From Eledone cirrhosa (lineage: Eukaryota): a stretch of 64,000 nt of DNA. The notes below the pieces were generated by a model that worked only from the letters and a program-made list of their open reading frames with translations, searched no databases and was not told the DNA's origin. Each line of letters starts with the position of its first letter. Within the stretch, counting starts at the first letter, position 1. The position numbers were made by a program, and so were the translations under genes. The stretch lies in NCBI GenBank assembly GCA_964016885.1, contig OZ024740.1, forward strand, positions 437,906,001 through 437,970,000. The letters run 5' to 3'. Positions 14,151 to 34,616 of the stretch are shown here, in pieces.

Positions 14151-14913
14151 AATTACCAAAAGTATAAACAATTATTTGTTTCTAAGTTGTTCAATAAAGA
14201 AATATATCCATCTATCTACCTACATATCTATTTATCTATCTCAAAACCTTTTGCAACGTCTATCTTGAGATGTCACACACTCTCTTGCTCCATATGATGT
14301 TTATGTTTGCCAAGGGGAGATAATTACATGATTGACTTTATGACACACGTGCGTACACACCCAAACAAAATTAGACACACCCATATGCCGCAATGATAGA
14401 CGAACGGCGGTGAATTTGAATTTCGGTGTAAGTTTGATAAGCGTCAACGTAACAATTGTGTAACAAATTGTGTTTCATTGTTTGAACAAATGGACCACTA
14501 TTCTTTCTTCTCGAAACTTTTTTTTATTTCTTCTTACCCTCCTTTCTCGTCCATGGAAGCAAATAAGACATTTATAAGAGAGACACTTCAGAAAATTACG
14601 TTATCAATATTGATACAACGCATAATAGTGATAACCATTTCAATGCAACAACTAACTTAAACAACAATAATATTAATGATATAAGGAAAAAGAGTTCAGA
14701 GGAAATTTAACAGAAGAAAGAAGAAATGAATTAAGAGAGGAAACTAGAATTTCTCACAATGAAGCGAGACGAGGGAGGTAGAAGGAAGATGGGGGTATGC
14801 TAAACTGCGTAGTTCTTTTAAATATTTAATTGGCTTTATTTACAGGTGTTTAAATAACATTACAAATTGTTCACAGTTCTTTCAGAATAAAAATAAAAAC
14901 ACATATAATACAA

Positions 14914-14971
<58 letters not shown>

Positions 14972-15002
14972 AACACACACACACACACACATATATATAT
15001 AT

Positions 15003-16040
15003 GTGATGGCTGCAAACTCTGCCAATAGTATTGCAATCGCTTTTCAGATTCAGATGTGGGACACTCGGATATGGCTTTTCAAGCCTGCTAGAGACATGCA
15101 CTCCTTCACACACTGACGACTATGGATCTCCCTGGCTTGAGGTCCTACATCAGGTTGCCCGTGAACCCTCACAACACCGTGGAGATCATACTTCACTGGT
15201 TCTCTTTGAACATGGCTGCGACTGTGGCTTCTGAGACCAAATTTGCTCAAGAAAATGTTTCCACACTCAGAGCACTTCAATTTAATGGAGACACCGATAG
15301 TTTCGAGAGATACACCAGGGCATTGCTTACGTACATCCCGTTTGTCCTCAAAATTATGGACCCCATCATTCACCATACCACGCCAAGTTTCTCTTTCAAG
15401 AGTTTCTATCTCCTAGTCAGCCATCATCAAACTAGTTTTTTTCAATTAGTTTTTTACACAATCTTTGAATTGGAGCTTTAGTTTGTGAGGTGGTCTCTTA
15501 CCCTCACAAAGCTCACCATACAAGAGTTGTTTTGGTATTCGATCATCCTCCATTCTGCAGAGGTGTCCGGTCCATCGCAAACGCCGTTGGTGGATGATAC
15601 TCTCAATGCTCCGACACTCACTTCTCTCAAGGACCTCAACATCACTCACATGCATCTGCCACTTGATACCGAGTATCTTTCTGAGACACTGCTGGTGAAA
15701 CCGTTCCAGTCTGTTGATATTCCGTTTGTAGGCAACCCATGTCTCACATGCATACAGCAAAGCTGACAGTACACATGCAGCATGCACTCTCACCTTGGTT
15801 CTCATTATGATTACTCGCATGCACCAAAGACGGTCGTTGAGCCTTCCAAATGACTCACTTGCCTTACTAACACGTAGACCAATTTTTGCATCCAGAGAGC
15901 AGGTCACACTCAGAGTACTCCCCAAATACACAAATGTGTCAGCAGCCCTCAGCTTTTGACCGTATACGTATATGGAGGGTTCATTGAAAACTTTATCCGG
16001 AGCAGGTTGGTACATGACGACAGTCTTCTTCAGACTGATT
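15003..16040 (-). mobile_element. RTE/BovB-like LINE 3' fragment with zinc fingers
   Basis: FVYLGSTLS, LLYACETW, RLRWTGHLCRM, RIPKQLLYGEL and CSECGNIFLSKFGLRSH. Confidence 0.85.
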
Positions 16041-16359
16041 GTGTATATATATATATATATACATCACAAGCAGTTGTTACTTAATGTGCATCCAGTGAAT
16101 GCGAGTGTCGTATATGTGTCTTTTTTGTCCCGTTAAGCTCATATGTGTGTCTGTCTGTGTGTCCGTGTATGTGCCTGTGTGTGTCCGTGTGTGTATATGT
16201 GTGTGTGTCCGTGTATGTGTGTGTCCGTGGGTGTCAATAGGTAAATAAAATCCAAGCTATCTCCTCACCAAAACTCCAATATTATCAGACGTTGTAACAA
16301 CTCAGCAGTAGTAGTATAAATATATAAATTGCAACAACAACAATAACAATTTCATTTTT

Positions 16360-19300
16360 ACTTTAGCTGAGCTACCCGGTGATACACGGGATATTTTATG
16401 AAAGTTACAATATATTTGGCACACATTACAAAATATTTGACCATTCAAATATGATTGCTGAATTTTAACCAAAGTATAGCAGAATATTTATTGCCGTTTG
16501 GTCAAAGTAAATCATCTAGATAAAAATATTAGTTTTTTCCAGTGGTGATTTTTTGAATACTGCTCTCTATTACAGTCAGCATATATAATACTTTACTTAT
16601 AGATGAATCATTAGGTATGTTGTCAGTGAAAAGGGCATGACCCCAAAAATACATTTAGATTTTATTCTATTTATCATTTTCTATCTTTCTTTCTTTTTTT
16701 TTTTTTTGCTCAATCGGAACCTCTGAAATTCAAACAACATGAATAGACTATTTTAAAAAACCATAAATAAAATAAGAAAATAAATTTATCATTGGTTTAT
16801 GATTGAATGAAGCGTTTACTTACTCATTTCTGTAATTCAAGGAAAGGTGGGATTAGAAGGAAATTTGGCTGCTATTTCTACCCAACAAAGTCCTCACTTA
16901 TACTACTTCATATAGCAGAGGTACCCGGGAATGCCTGCATATTCTTCCAAAGTAACACCATGCAGTAAATTTGCGGCTTCAGAATTCCTTGCAAACTACA
17001 TGACTAAGGAATTAGGATCTGTGTGTATTGTCATTGAATGACGTATTACGACATTGCTCATTCCAAAGCCTCTGGATAAACAACATTCTTGGTTTTGCCC
17101 TGTGGTGCCACAATGAAGAGACAATCAGGGTTCCAGCCCTTGTTGTGCCAACATAGAGTTGACCGTGTGAAAAGACAGGATCTGCCAGATTCAACCCTAA
17201 ATTCAGTTGAATAGTTTACAACCTGGTCTTGAGAAGTGATTGTGTCAACTGATTTGTAGCATATTTTCTCTCCCGGTAACATCTCCAGCAGCCTTCTGTT
17301 GATTTCTTTCACAGCAACATTTTTAGGTGCTAAGATTGCTCGTTCACAGAGCCATTTCGGATCACATTGCCTGGTCTGAATGTTTGGAAACACTCTGGCA
17401 ATCAGTTCTTGTTCTGTGTCAATGATATGGCCAAATGACAACTGAATATGGTCATTGGAGTCCTTTTCAAGAAGTCCATTTCCCAATTTAAGTAGTTGGA
17501 CGGCAAACTCACTGACACCTTCGTCACCAGTTAAGTGCACTCGCATGTTGGCTGTAAGGTTCAGCAGCTGAAAGTGGGGTCAGACATAGGATGTTTTCAG
17601 ACAGGTATTGACCTGATCAGCTCGAGTCCCTCGAAGACTTACAGGCAGAGATTGTCTGAAATCACCAGCAAGAACCATTGTCACTCCTCCCATTATGCAA
17701 CTATTTTCTCTCAGATCCCTTATCGTCCGCTCCAAATCTTCAATTTCTCCTTTATGGCTCATAGTAGCTTGATCCCAAATTATCATTTTGCATATTTGCA
17801 GAAGCTTTCCCTTGGATGAGTTCTTCTTGATGTTTCTAAAAGATTGTTCATGCCGTGTGAGATCTATGGGCAGCTTAAACATGGAGTGTGCAGTTCTTCC
17901 TCCATCCAGAAATGTTGCTGCAATGCCACTTGAGGCCACAGCAAGGGCAATATGTGGCTTTTGGCAAACTTTTGCAAGCAGGAGGTTTATGGGGAATGGC
18001 TTGCCTGTGCCAGGAGGAGCATCGATGAAGAAAAGTCCTCCCCTATCATTTTGAATGTTTTCGATGATGTTGTGGTAGGCGTATTTCTGGTCATCCATCA
18101 ATCGAGGTTCATTTTAATCCACAAACTTACGCAATGCTTGAATATCGTAGTTTGTCTCCTGAAAAATGTCTTGTGCTACCTCCATTTCTTCATCTGGCTC
18201 TGGCATCCCGCAGTTAGCTAATGTGCTATTCATTGCCTGAACTCGATGGGACAGGTCACAGAGAGCTTGATTGTAAATCCTGGGGGTATATTCCATATAC
18301 ATATTGCCATGATGTCTTCGGGCTAGGTGTAGATAGTTGTCCAACATATTGTTTTTGTATTCCTGCCAGAGTAGATGAACTTCATCAAATTCCACATGCT
18401 GTGAGCATAATAGCAAATAATTGTCTTATTTGACTGGCTACTTGAGTGATTGCTGCTTCTTCTAGGCACTTTTTCCAGAGTCCATTGTCATGCAGGAGTT
18501 CCATCCTGTTTACATGCTTCTTGGTATGTTGAGCACTCCCTTCCTCTGAAGCACCTAAGATCCTCCAATGATGTTGGTCCTCGAACAGTATGCAGAAGTA
18601 ACCATAAATAAAAATATTCTCTGTTGTTGGGATGGACATTGTCAACACGCCCAATAGCATCACTTGACTTGACTTCATGACCTTCCACTGAATGACCCTG
18701 CTTTCTTCGATTGCAGGCCTTGCAATTGGTACAGGTGTAGTATGTTGGGATTTCAGCATATAGGAGGGATCGAACAAATTCATCATTCTGGCAGAGTTTA
18801 AATAAAGCAGTTAGTGTAGTGTCATGTGATGCTTGTGCCAACTGATGAGCAGTGATATCAGTGAAGTACACTCTCTGTACATTTTCCAGATGGACTGCGA
18901 GGTTGACCACTGTTGGGTGGCGTTGATGGATATCAAATCCAAAGATTCGCCAGATAGCTTCATTGCTGGAGATGTATCGACCTGTTTGATACCGTTTCAC
19001 CTCATCCAGCCCACCATCATTGAGTTCTTTGTCAGTAATAAAGGTAGCCATGTCACTGCCCTTGTTGATATATTTTGTGACATATAGGATTGCCTTGACG
19101 GAGCTGCAATACTCAACATTGATATGAGCTTTTAAAAGTTTACACAACAATTTGTTGTGTGGGGCGACCCACTGATTGTTTATGGTCAGCTCATCTCCTA
19201 GAACTGTTAGGCTTGCAGTATTGCCTCCATGTTCTGGTCTATGCCTACGATAAAGGGGGTATCCATTATTATCAGTCCGAGTTTCCCGAATAAAAACTCT

Positions 19301-19620
19301 AGGATAATATTTGCTGCATTTTTTATCTTTCATGCAGGGAGAGGCTGGATTGATGACTCCACATGGACCATGAATGAGTTTGGACTTGATGGTTTCAAAG
19401 AGCTCTGGATCACCACCTTTGTCAGGAAACTCTGCTGAAATGATCTTATCAACATCATCTGGTCTTATCTTCTCCTTGCACCAGATTAATGAGTGAGAGT
19501 GAGGATACCTCTCTTCTGCCACTCAATAGTGGTCATCCAAGCACTAAGCTCACCAAAGATTCTTCCTTCTTTTAGGAGCCAGATGAGTTTTTTTGGGGGC
19601 TTTTCATGTAAAACCAGAAC
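16360..19620 (-). mobile_element. Degenerate autonomous Helitron (HUH Rep plus PIF1-like helicase), multiply frameshifted
   Basis: Rep motifs: PHSHSLIW, HGPCG, HINVEYC, KYINKG, GRYISSNEAIWRIF. Helicase motifs: IDAPPGTGK, ASSGIAAT, GRTAHS, GDFRQ, FSHGQLYV. Candidate 3' hairpins lie at ~16365-16390 and ~16915-16940. Confidence 0.92.
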
Positions 19621-19664
19621 AAACATCCCATATTAAGCCGTAGTGTCCAGAAACCATCGTTTCT

Positions 19665-19930
19665 CGTTTGTTCAACACTGACAAAGGAACGCTGTACTAA
19701 TTTCAAGCTTATTAGCTATCGTCAGCAACGTATACCTTCCTGCCAGATTGTTGAACGTATATACTTACCTTATGCATATTAACGGCTGAGTAGCCCAATT
19801 TGCATATCGAGTGGGTTAATCGGCCGGGTGCACCGAAAACAATAAACGGAAAAAAAGGTATACGTTGCTGACGATAGCTAATAAGCTTGAAACTAGTACA
19901 GCGTTCCTTTGTCAGTGTTCCTTTGTCAGT
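19665..19930. mobile_element. Diverged relative of the 466-bp hammerhead repeat, with an inverted partial duplication
   Basis: Aligns by eye to the array unit. Hammerheads at 19862-19904 (+, intact: ACGTTG CTGACGA TAGCT AATA AGCTT GAAA CTA GTA CAGCGT) and 19689-19731 (-, one stem III change). Confidence 0.85.
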
Positions 19931-20122
19931 TTATTTTTAGAGTAACAAAGGCAGAAAGAATTCTATAAACAAGTTACTCTAAAAATAAACTATAGCTTTG
20001 AAGAATTAGCTTTTAATGAATTCCCTTTTCTATCAACCAATGACCTACAACCATCCCACTCCCTACCCTCTCCTACCACCTGAAGAGACCTATAAATACC
20101 ATACTTATTTTTTAATACCCAC

Positions 20123-20169
20123 ATTCCTGATGATTTCTAAAGAATGAAACAGTTCTAGTCCTGTAGAAT
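20123..20169 (+). ncRNA. Type I hammerhead ribozyme (damaged relative at ~35283-35322, minus strand)
   Basis: ATTC CTGATGA TTTC TAAA GAAT GAAA CAG TTCTAGTC CTG TA GAAT. All three stems form and the cleavage triplet is GUA. Confidence 0.7.
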
Positions 20170-20260
20170 CTCATCTATATTAAAACTTTTATACTCTGCA
20201 ATGTATTGAGTACCTTACTTACTGTGGTTACCTCCGACTCAACCCGGAATAACGTATATG

Positions 20261-20345
<85 letters not shown>

Positions 20346-20378
20346 GTTTATATATATATATGTATGTATATATATATG

Positions 20379-20413
<35 letters not shown>

Positions 20414-20465
20414 GTTTATATATATATATGTATGTATATATATATGTATATATATATGTGTGTCA

Positions 20466-21060
20466 GGTCACCAGTTGGTGCTACTGGTAACATGTATTCC
20501 AGTACAACCTGTCCCATGGTCGGATCGTTGGCGACTAAACTGGCAACCCCCACCAAGGTTTCTGGGTGAGGAGGGTGACTTTGGACATCCTGCAGGACTA
20601 AAAACAAAACCTGTCAAAGGGCAAATGAGCTCTTAAGAGTCAATGGCCATCCAAAAATCACAGGGAGAGATGACCCCTTAGCCATTGTCAAGGCAGAATT
20701 CTAGGAGAAGGAAAACTCTGATATAACACCTGCAACCCTGATAGTATCCAATGATGTTGACTTGTTCTTCTTTTTGGTAAATATCATCTTGGTTAAGAGA
20801 GTGGGACTGGCTTTGCTCACTATAAAAGCTTCACGGCACAGGCATTGCTTTATATCTGGAGATCTCTCTACACTTGTCGTCATATGGTAACATGAGCCCA
20901 GCACTATGTGTCAATAATTGTCACAAGTGTAGTGTTTGTACCAGAGTTTTCAAGTCGCTGGCTGGACTAAAAAGTCACACTCGTTCAGCGCATCGGTAGG
21001 GGTTCTCCTACATGGATATAAAGTAGTGGCCGTACTCGAAAACGAGTTGGCAGCCACCAT
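20466..21060 (+). mobile_element. Non-autonomous RTE derivative, copy of 8383-8979
   Basis: Collinear high similarity to 8383-8979. Confidence 0.75.
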
Positions 21061-21215
21061 AAAGTATCGTCTTCCTGTCTTCCTCCGGTTGCAACGTTTT
21101 TTGAAATATCCACTTCTGCGTTTACAGATTGACTTAGTTAGTTTCAGAAGATCCCGTTAAGGGTGAAAGCAGCGATTCTTTGCTTAAACTTTAATCTGTT
21201 ATTTTAATAAATACT
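21061..21215 (+). mobile_element. Penelope pLTR fragment with a variant hammerhead (21140-21190)
   Basis: Near-identical to 34016-34165. Reads AGTTT CAGAAGA TCCC GTTAA GGGT GAAA GCA..TGC TT AAACT, followed by AATAAA. Confidence 0.6.
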
Positions 21216-21358
21216 TGCTCTACGGTTCTTATATATTTGATATATATTTATCCTTATCGAGCCCTCTTTGGATTTTAGTCTTCAAATTTATTATTATTAC
21301 TATGTATGTATATATATGTATATATATACATATATATGTATATATATATATGTATATG

Positions 21359-21396
<38 letters not shown>

Positions 21397-22553
21397 TATG
21401 TATGTATATATATATATGTATGTATATGTATGTATATATATGTATATATATATATGTTTATATATATATATATGTATATATATATATGTAAATATATATA
21501 TATGTATATATATATATATATGTGTATGTATATATATATATGTGTATATATATATATATGTATATATATATATGTATATATGTATATATATATATCCTAA
21601 ACGGACGGTAGTCCGTTTAGTAATATTGTTGTGGTCGTGTTTTCGTTGGCAATCGTCTGTTTACGACAGTACAGCGCGGCTCTACTTTATTTAACTGAGA
21701 TAAAACTTATATGAGCATGAACAGTAGATCACTACGCATCTTTTGGCTTAAAAATCTAGAAATTTGGTCCAGCTGGAAAAAGTTTAGAATCAAAGTTTGC
21801 TGATAAATCTTGTGTTCAAGTGAGTGAGTAGTAAGCGTGACGCTAGGGGAGGTAATCCAGAAATGACGAATTTTTTTCGGCGGAACTCTTGTGATTGTCA
21901 TTACGTTAGTCAAATGTAGTCAAATCGCCGAATCCCCTCCTCCTAATTGACTACGTCATTTCTGAACGGCCCTACTTGCGTCAGTGTGAAACATTACTTC
22001 ACTTTTCACTGCTAAAATGCTTTTTAAATACTTCGTTAAAAATTTATGTTTATTATCAAAGCTATTTTTTGTACCAATCTATCAATAGTTTGCGAAAATA
22101 TAGGTACACATGTGAGTTAAATTTTTTTTAATTGCATCGATCGCTTTGTCGCACCGACTGTGACACTGTCTGACTGGCTGTCTGACTGACACCTTTGTCG
22201 GACCGACACCTTTGTTCAAGCGGACAACTTTGTGTCACTGACACCTTTGTTCGTGCCGGCATCTCTGCGAAACACCGATGACAACAACCAGACCAAAATT
22301 TCACTTCATTCTTCATTCTTCTTCAAGACCGATCGCCGACCGATCGTATCGGTTGCTCTTCATATACCAGGTATTCAACAGATAGTTTGCACTTCTAGTA
22401 TTATTAACAGTCGTGCGATTTTTTGTACCGATAGGTGCGAATAGTGCGATAGGTGCGAATAGTGTACAATATTTTCTGAGATTTGCATCCACTAATTTGG
22501 CTTAATTAAAAATGATGTTTCGCGGCTTTTTGATGGGCTTATTCATTTTTTCC

Positions 22554-23307
22554 ATGGCACGGAAATGGAGTATTTCCATTTCGAATCAAAACTTTTCACT
22601 AAAATCGGGCAATTGGACTGATCAAATTCACATTCATGCCAGTTTTTACAAATCCATAATTAGAAATGTGGCGAAATCGAATGACCAGAAGGTATAAAAA
22701 TATTAATTCAAATGTATTTACTTATCATACCAACAAAAATACTTAGATATTTTGTATACCTGGGGCCCGTCAGGGCCAGGTAATGTTAATCGCCAACATT
22801 GTTATCTGTTGTCCTTTTGTGAAAGTATTGGTGGTTCATGTCGGCTCTAATGATCTGAATCCTCGTCGCACCGTTGGCACTACAAAGCTGTGCAAAGTAA
22901 TACAATAATTTTTGCCCAAGTATTTTTTATTAATCATTTATTTGTAAATTAAGGACAAAGTGCCCATTCGAGGCACAAAACCGGAAAAACAGGGGAAGAG
23001 TCTCTTTGCAAGGCTACAGAAAATAGCGGAAAAGCACCACTGTACACCCATTTTCTACAGTGGTGTAATTCCACGTCCACAAAGTGTAATTGAAAATAAA
23101 AATGACTTGGGCAAGAGAAATTCTCGTTTGGAAAAGTTTAATTACTGCATGAAAGAAATGATTCAAAAATTGAACTTGCCCAATCTTCACAACATTGAAA
23201 ATTGGTCAAAATTTGACAAATCTGACTTCAAACCAGATATGATTCATTTGAACAATGTTGGAAATCTTAAATTGACACAAATTTTTGCCAATGTTTTTGC
23301 CACCTGA
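22554..23307 (+). CDS. Putative three-exon SGNH/GDSL-type hydrolase (~213 aa); exons 22554-22691, 22747-22896, 22954-23307
   Basis: Two phase-0 GT-AG introns (55 and 57 bp) join SIIRNV, CIPGAR, VVHVGSND, SGVIPR and DMIHLN in frame. AATAAA at ~23345. Confidence 0.7.
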
Positions 23308-23487
23308 TCCTTGTTCTATGGCTGACTGACTAATTTTGTGACTTAATAAAATGTCATCATACTAGTAATGCACAATGGTCATTTTTAAATTTAAATTTTA
23401 TTAAATAGTTGTTGCTTGCATTGCCTTAAAATAGTAACAAGAATGTACACATACTTTTTAAAAATACATCATTATCAGTCAAATCAG

Positions 23488-23847
23488 TCAAATGTCACTA
23501 AAAGCCAGGTGGTCGATAACAACTTCTATAAGATTAGTTACATGCTCACACATTAGATCACCTCTCATCAATGGCATTGGGTGTCTGAGATAATCGTGGC
23601 GATAACTGATGAAGTCACAAATGAAGTGATGGTCTTCCAGTGTGAACAACTCCCTATATCCATTGATATATGTGATGGCTTCCGATTCATAGGTGCATTT
23701 TATGAGGAATTCCATGCATCCGATTTTCAGTGATTCAATGGGCATTTTATCAGAGATGATAAGGTATTTGACCACGTTTTGCTTTGTAAGTAAATTGGAG
23801 AGAATCACTGCAGTCAAAGTCATTTCTTTGCATGGGTTTTTGTCCAT
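23488..23847 (-). CDS. 119-aa ORF or exon with a BACK/SPOP-C-like helical segment
   Basis: ILSNLLTKQNVVKYLIISDKMPIESLKIGCMEFL resembles the post-BTB BACK pattern. Preceded by an acceptor-like TTTTAG, with a downstream AATAAA at ~23397. Confidence 0.45.
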   Translation of the reverse strand: MDKNPCKEMTLTAVILSNLLTKQNVVKYLIISDKMPIESLKIGCMEFLIKCTYESEAITYINGYRELFTLEDHHFICDFISYRHDYLRHPMPLMRGDLMCEHVTNLIEVVIDHLAFSDI

Positions 23848-24169
23848 TCTAAAAAGTTAAAATGATAAAGTATTACTACTATATAACTTACATCTATTAT
23901 TGTAACACCATTGAAATTCACAAGTTTCACCAATTCACTATTATGCACTAATCATCTCAAATGCATTCATGATTTACTAGCTTTGTCATTAAGCCAGTTG
24001 CCTCAACTAGATTGCAATTATACTCAAAAGAACTTTAAAATGTCAATCACTTGTCAGTAATTCACTATGATCATTTAATTATTAGATAGTTGTTGCTTGC
24101 ATTATCTTAAAAAATAGTAGATCAGATAGAAAAATGCGTACAGCAAAAAAAAGTAATATTGTTGGAATA

Positions 24170-24300
24170 TAAACCTTTAAAAATACAGGACAAGAAACTA
24201 AAATAAAACTTTAAAAGAATAGGACAAGAAACTAAGATAAAACTTTAAAAGAATAGGACAAGAAACTAAGATAAAACTTTAAAGAATTGGACAAGAAATA
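24170..24300. repeat. ~33-bp minisatellite, about 4 copies
   Basis: Repeated AAAACTTTAAAAGAATAGGACAAGAAACTAAGAT. Confidence 0.85.
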
Positions 24301-24329
24301 AAAAATTTTACAATAATACAAACTTTTAC

Positions 24330-27032
24330 AAACAACCGCAATGACAGACGACGGAGACATCGTTATGCTAGCAGGAGACTTCAATGGTCATGTTGGACAG
24401 CTCCAGGATGGTTACACTGGGGTACATGGTGGTCACGGTTACGGCTCAAGAAATGAAGAAGGAGTGAGACTTCTTGAATTTTGTGATGCAATTTTGACTA
24501 TTTGCAACACAAACTTCCAGAAACCTGCCAATCACCTAATAACCTACAAATCTGGTGAGCACATAAGTCAGATTGACTTCTTACTAGTTAGGCAGCGGGA
24601 CAGGCAGATAGTGTCTAATACCAAGGCATACCCTGGGGAAGAATGTACCCCACAGCATAGGTTAGTTGTTAGTGATATTTCAGTAAGCAAGAGATGGAAT
24701 GAGACATATAGGAAGGTGTGGAGAAGAAAGGTCTGGAAGCTAAAAGACCTTTCACTAAAATACAAATTTAGGAAAGCCCTTCAAGATGTATATGACGAAA
24801 AAGAAGACGATTTAGAGACGTATGACATAGATAATAACTGGAATTTCTTACATGACAACTTGCTGCAGGCTACTGATGAAACTTGTGGCTGGAGCAGAGT
24901 TCCAACCAGACAGAGAGTGACCTGGTGGTGGAACAGCACAGTAGATAAGGCCATTAGAGACAAAAGACTAGCATGGAAGACTTGGAAAAAGGGTGGGAGT
25001 AGGCAAGAATATACAGCCACTAAGAGAGAAGCTAGACGTCAGGTGTACTTAGCACGCAGGGAGGCGGAGAGTAGGAGGTTTGCCAATGTTCTGCGACGGG
25101 AAGATCAGAGGCGTGCGGTGTTCCACATTGCAAGCCAGTGTGTCAATGCAAATCAGGATATTGTTGGAGATAAATGTGTCCGGGATGATGCCGGTGTACT
25201 TAGTGTCACGAATGATCAGAAAAAGGAGGCCTGGAAATGTCATTATGAGAGACTGATGAATGTGGAGAACGAATGGCAGAGAGAAAAATTACCCTTAGTA
25301 GATCCGACAGAGGGACCAGCTATTGAGATTGACGAATATAGAGTCCAAGAGGTGATTGGGGAAATGAAAAATGGTAAGGCTGCTGGACCATCGGGAATAG
25401 TTGCTGAGATGCTGAAGGCATCAGAGGCCGTAGGCACTAAACTGTTTGCACGCATCATCAATCAGGCTATATATGGTGGTGTCATACCCAAAGACTGGTG
25501 CAGCAGTATTCTCATAAATTGCTACAAAAGGTAAAGGGGATGCTCTGGAGAGGAGCAATTATAGGGGTATAAAACTGATAGATCAGGTTATGAAAGTGGC
25601 AGAAAGGATATTAGCACAACTAATTAGAGAAAGGGTCAAACTAGATGAGATGCAGTTTGGTTTTGTGCCTGGGAAGAGTACAACAGATGCCTCTTCTTTG
25701 TGAGACAATTGCAAGAGAGGTTCTTAGAGAAATATAAGCCACTATACTTAGCCTTTGTTGACCTAGAGAAGGCCTTTGATAGGGTACCCCGATCTGTCAT
25801 CTGGTGGTCCCTAAGGAAGCTAGGTGTTGAGGAATGGCTTGTGAGGACAGTGAAAAGTTTGTACAGAGGTACTCTCAGTAAAGTCAGGGTAGGAATGGAG
25901 TTTAGTGAGGAATTCCAGATACAAGTAGGAGTACATCAAGGTTCAGTCCTCAGCCCGCTCTTGTTCATTATAGTCCTCCAAGCCATAACAGAGGAGTTTA
26001 AGACTAGCTGTCCATGGGAACTTCTCTATGCTGACGATCTGGTTCTTATAGCAGAATCAGTAGAGGAGCTAGAGAATAAATTCTGGCTATGGAAACAGCA
26101 GTTGGAAGCAAGAGGACTTAGAGTGAACCTAGCTAAGACAAAAGTGTTGATGAGTAGAAAAGAGGACAAAATTCTGATTCCGTCAGGGAAATGGCCATGT
26201 TCGATATGCAGAAAAGGAACTGGCATAAATTCTATAAAATGCACGCAATACAGATCCTGGGTACACAAGAGTTGTAGCGGGATAGCAGGCAAACCAACAG
26301 GTAGGGAGAAATATGTATGCAGTAGATGTACAGGGAAATTAGACAGTAGAAGTCACATTGATAGACACATTTTTCAAATGCAGGAGGGCGCTATAGAAGT
26401 GGTGGATAGCTTCCGGTACCTAGGAGATCAGATTAGCATGGGAGGAGGGTGTTCCGAGGCCATAGTATCTAGAATAAGGACGGGTTGGAAGAAGTTTAGG
26501 GAGCTGCTTCCTCTGTTGACGAAGAAGGGTTTCTCACTGCGAACGAAAGGCCGGTTGTATGATGCCTGTGTGAGGAGCGCGATGCTGCATGGTAGTGAGA
26601 CATGGGCAGCAACTGCAGAGGATATGCGACGGCTGGAGAGAAATGAGGCAAGCATGTTCCGTTGGATGTGCAGTGTAAATGTGCGTGAACGACCCAGCAT
26701 AAATGTGTTGAGAGAGAAACTGTCTGAGAGGGATAGAATGTAGTGTACGGGAGAGGAGACTAAGGTGGTATGGACATGTGATGCGCATGGAGGATGACCG
26801 ATGGGTGAAGAAGTGTCAGGAAATGCCAGTTGAAGGAAGACGTGGTAGAGGTAGACCACGAAAAACATGGGCGGAGGTGGTGAGAACAGACCTCAGATCA
26901 TTGAAGCTCACGGTGGAGATGACGTAGGACCGTGACGAGTGGAGAGATGCTGTGCTGAATAAGACCCGTCCCACCCTTGCAAGCAGGGAAAAGCGGACGT
27001 AAGATAATGATGATGATGATGATGATGATGAT
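24330..27032 (+). mobile_element. 5'-truncated RTE-group LINE: AP endonuclease, RT, PHD-like insert and (GAT)n tail; frameshifted
   Basis: GDFNGHVG, QIDFLL, KAAGPSGI, FVDLEKAFDRV, HQGSVLSPLLF, LYADDL, WPCSIC..WVHKSC and a terminal GGAAAAGCGGACGTAAGATAAT(GAT)n. Confidence 0.93.
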
Positions 27033-27040
27033 GAAGTATG

Positions 27041-27071
<31 letters not shown>

Positions 27072-27114
27072 GTATATATGTATATGTATATATATATATA
27101 TGTATATATATATG

Positions 27115-29773
<2,659 letters not shown>

Positions 29774-29775
29774 AA

Positions 29776-29883
<108 letters not shown>

Positions 29884-29891
29884 AATATATG

Positions 29892-30089
<198 letters not shown>

Positions 30090-30097
30090 GTATATAC

Positions 30098-34250
<4,153 letters not shown>

Positions 34251-34284
34251 GTATATATATATATGTGTATATATATATAATATG

Positions 34285-34336
<52 letters not shown>

Positions 34337-34570
34337 TAATGTATTTAACTGCTCGGAAATGCCCCTTTTCTTGGAGCTGGATTATTGTAAACGACTGAGA
34401 GTTTATTCTCAAAATATAATCTGTTAGAACACGAAAAGTGTGAAACAACAGAATGTTCACTTTTCGTGTTCTAACATATATGCCTAACTTCTTCATAAAT
34501 TTTTCGGGGATAGCCGTGGTGGTGGTGATCGTATGTCATTGGCTAATTTTCAACCAATCAGAGTAAGTGT

Positions 34571-34616
<46 letters not shown>

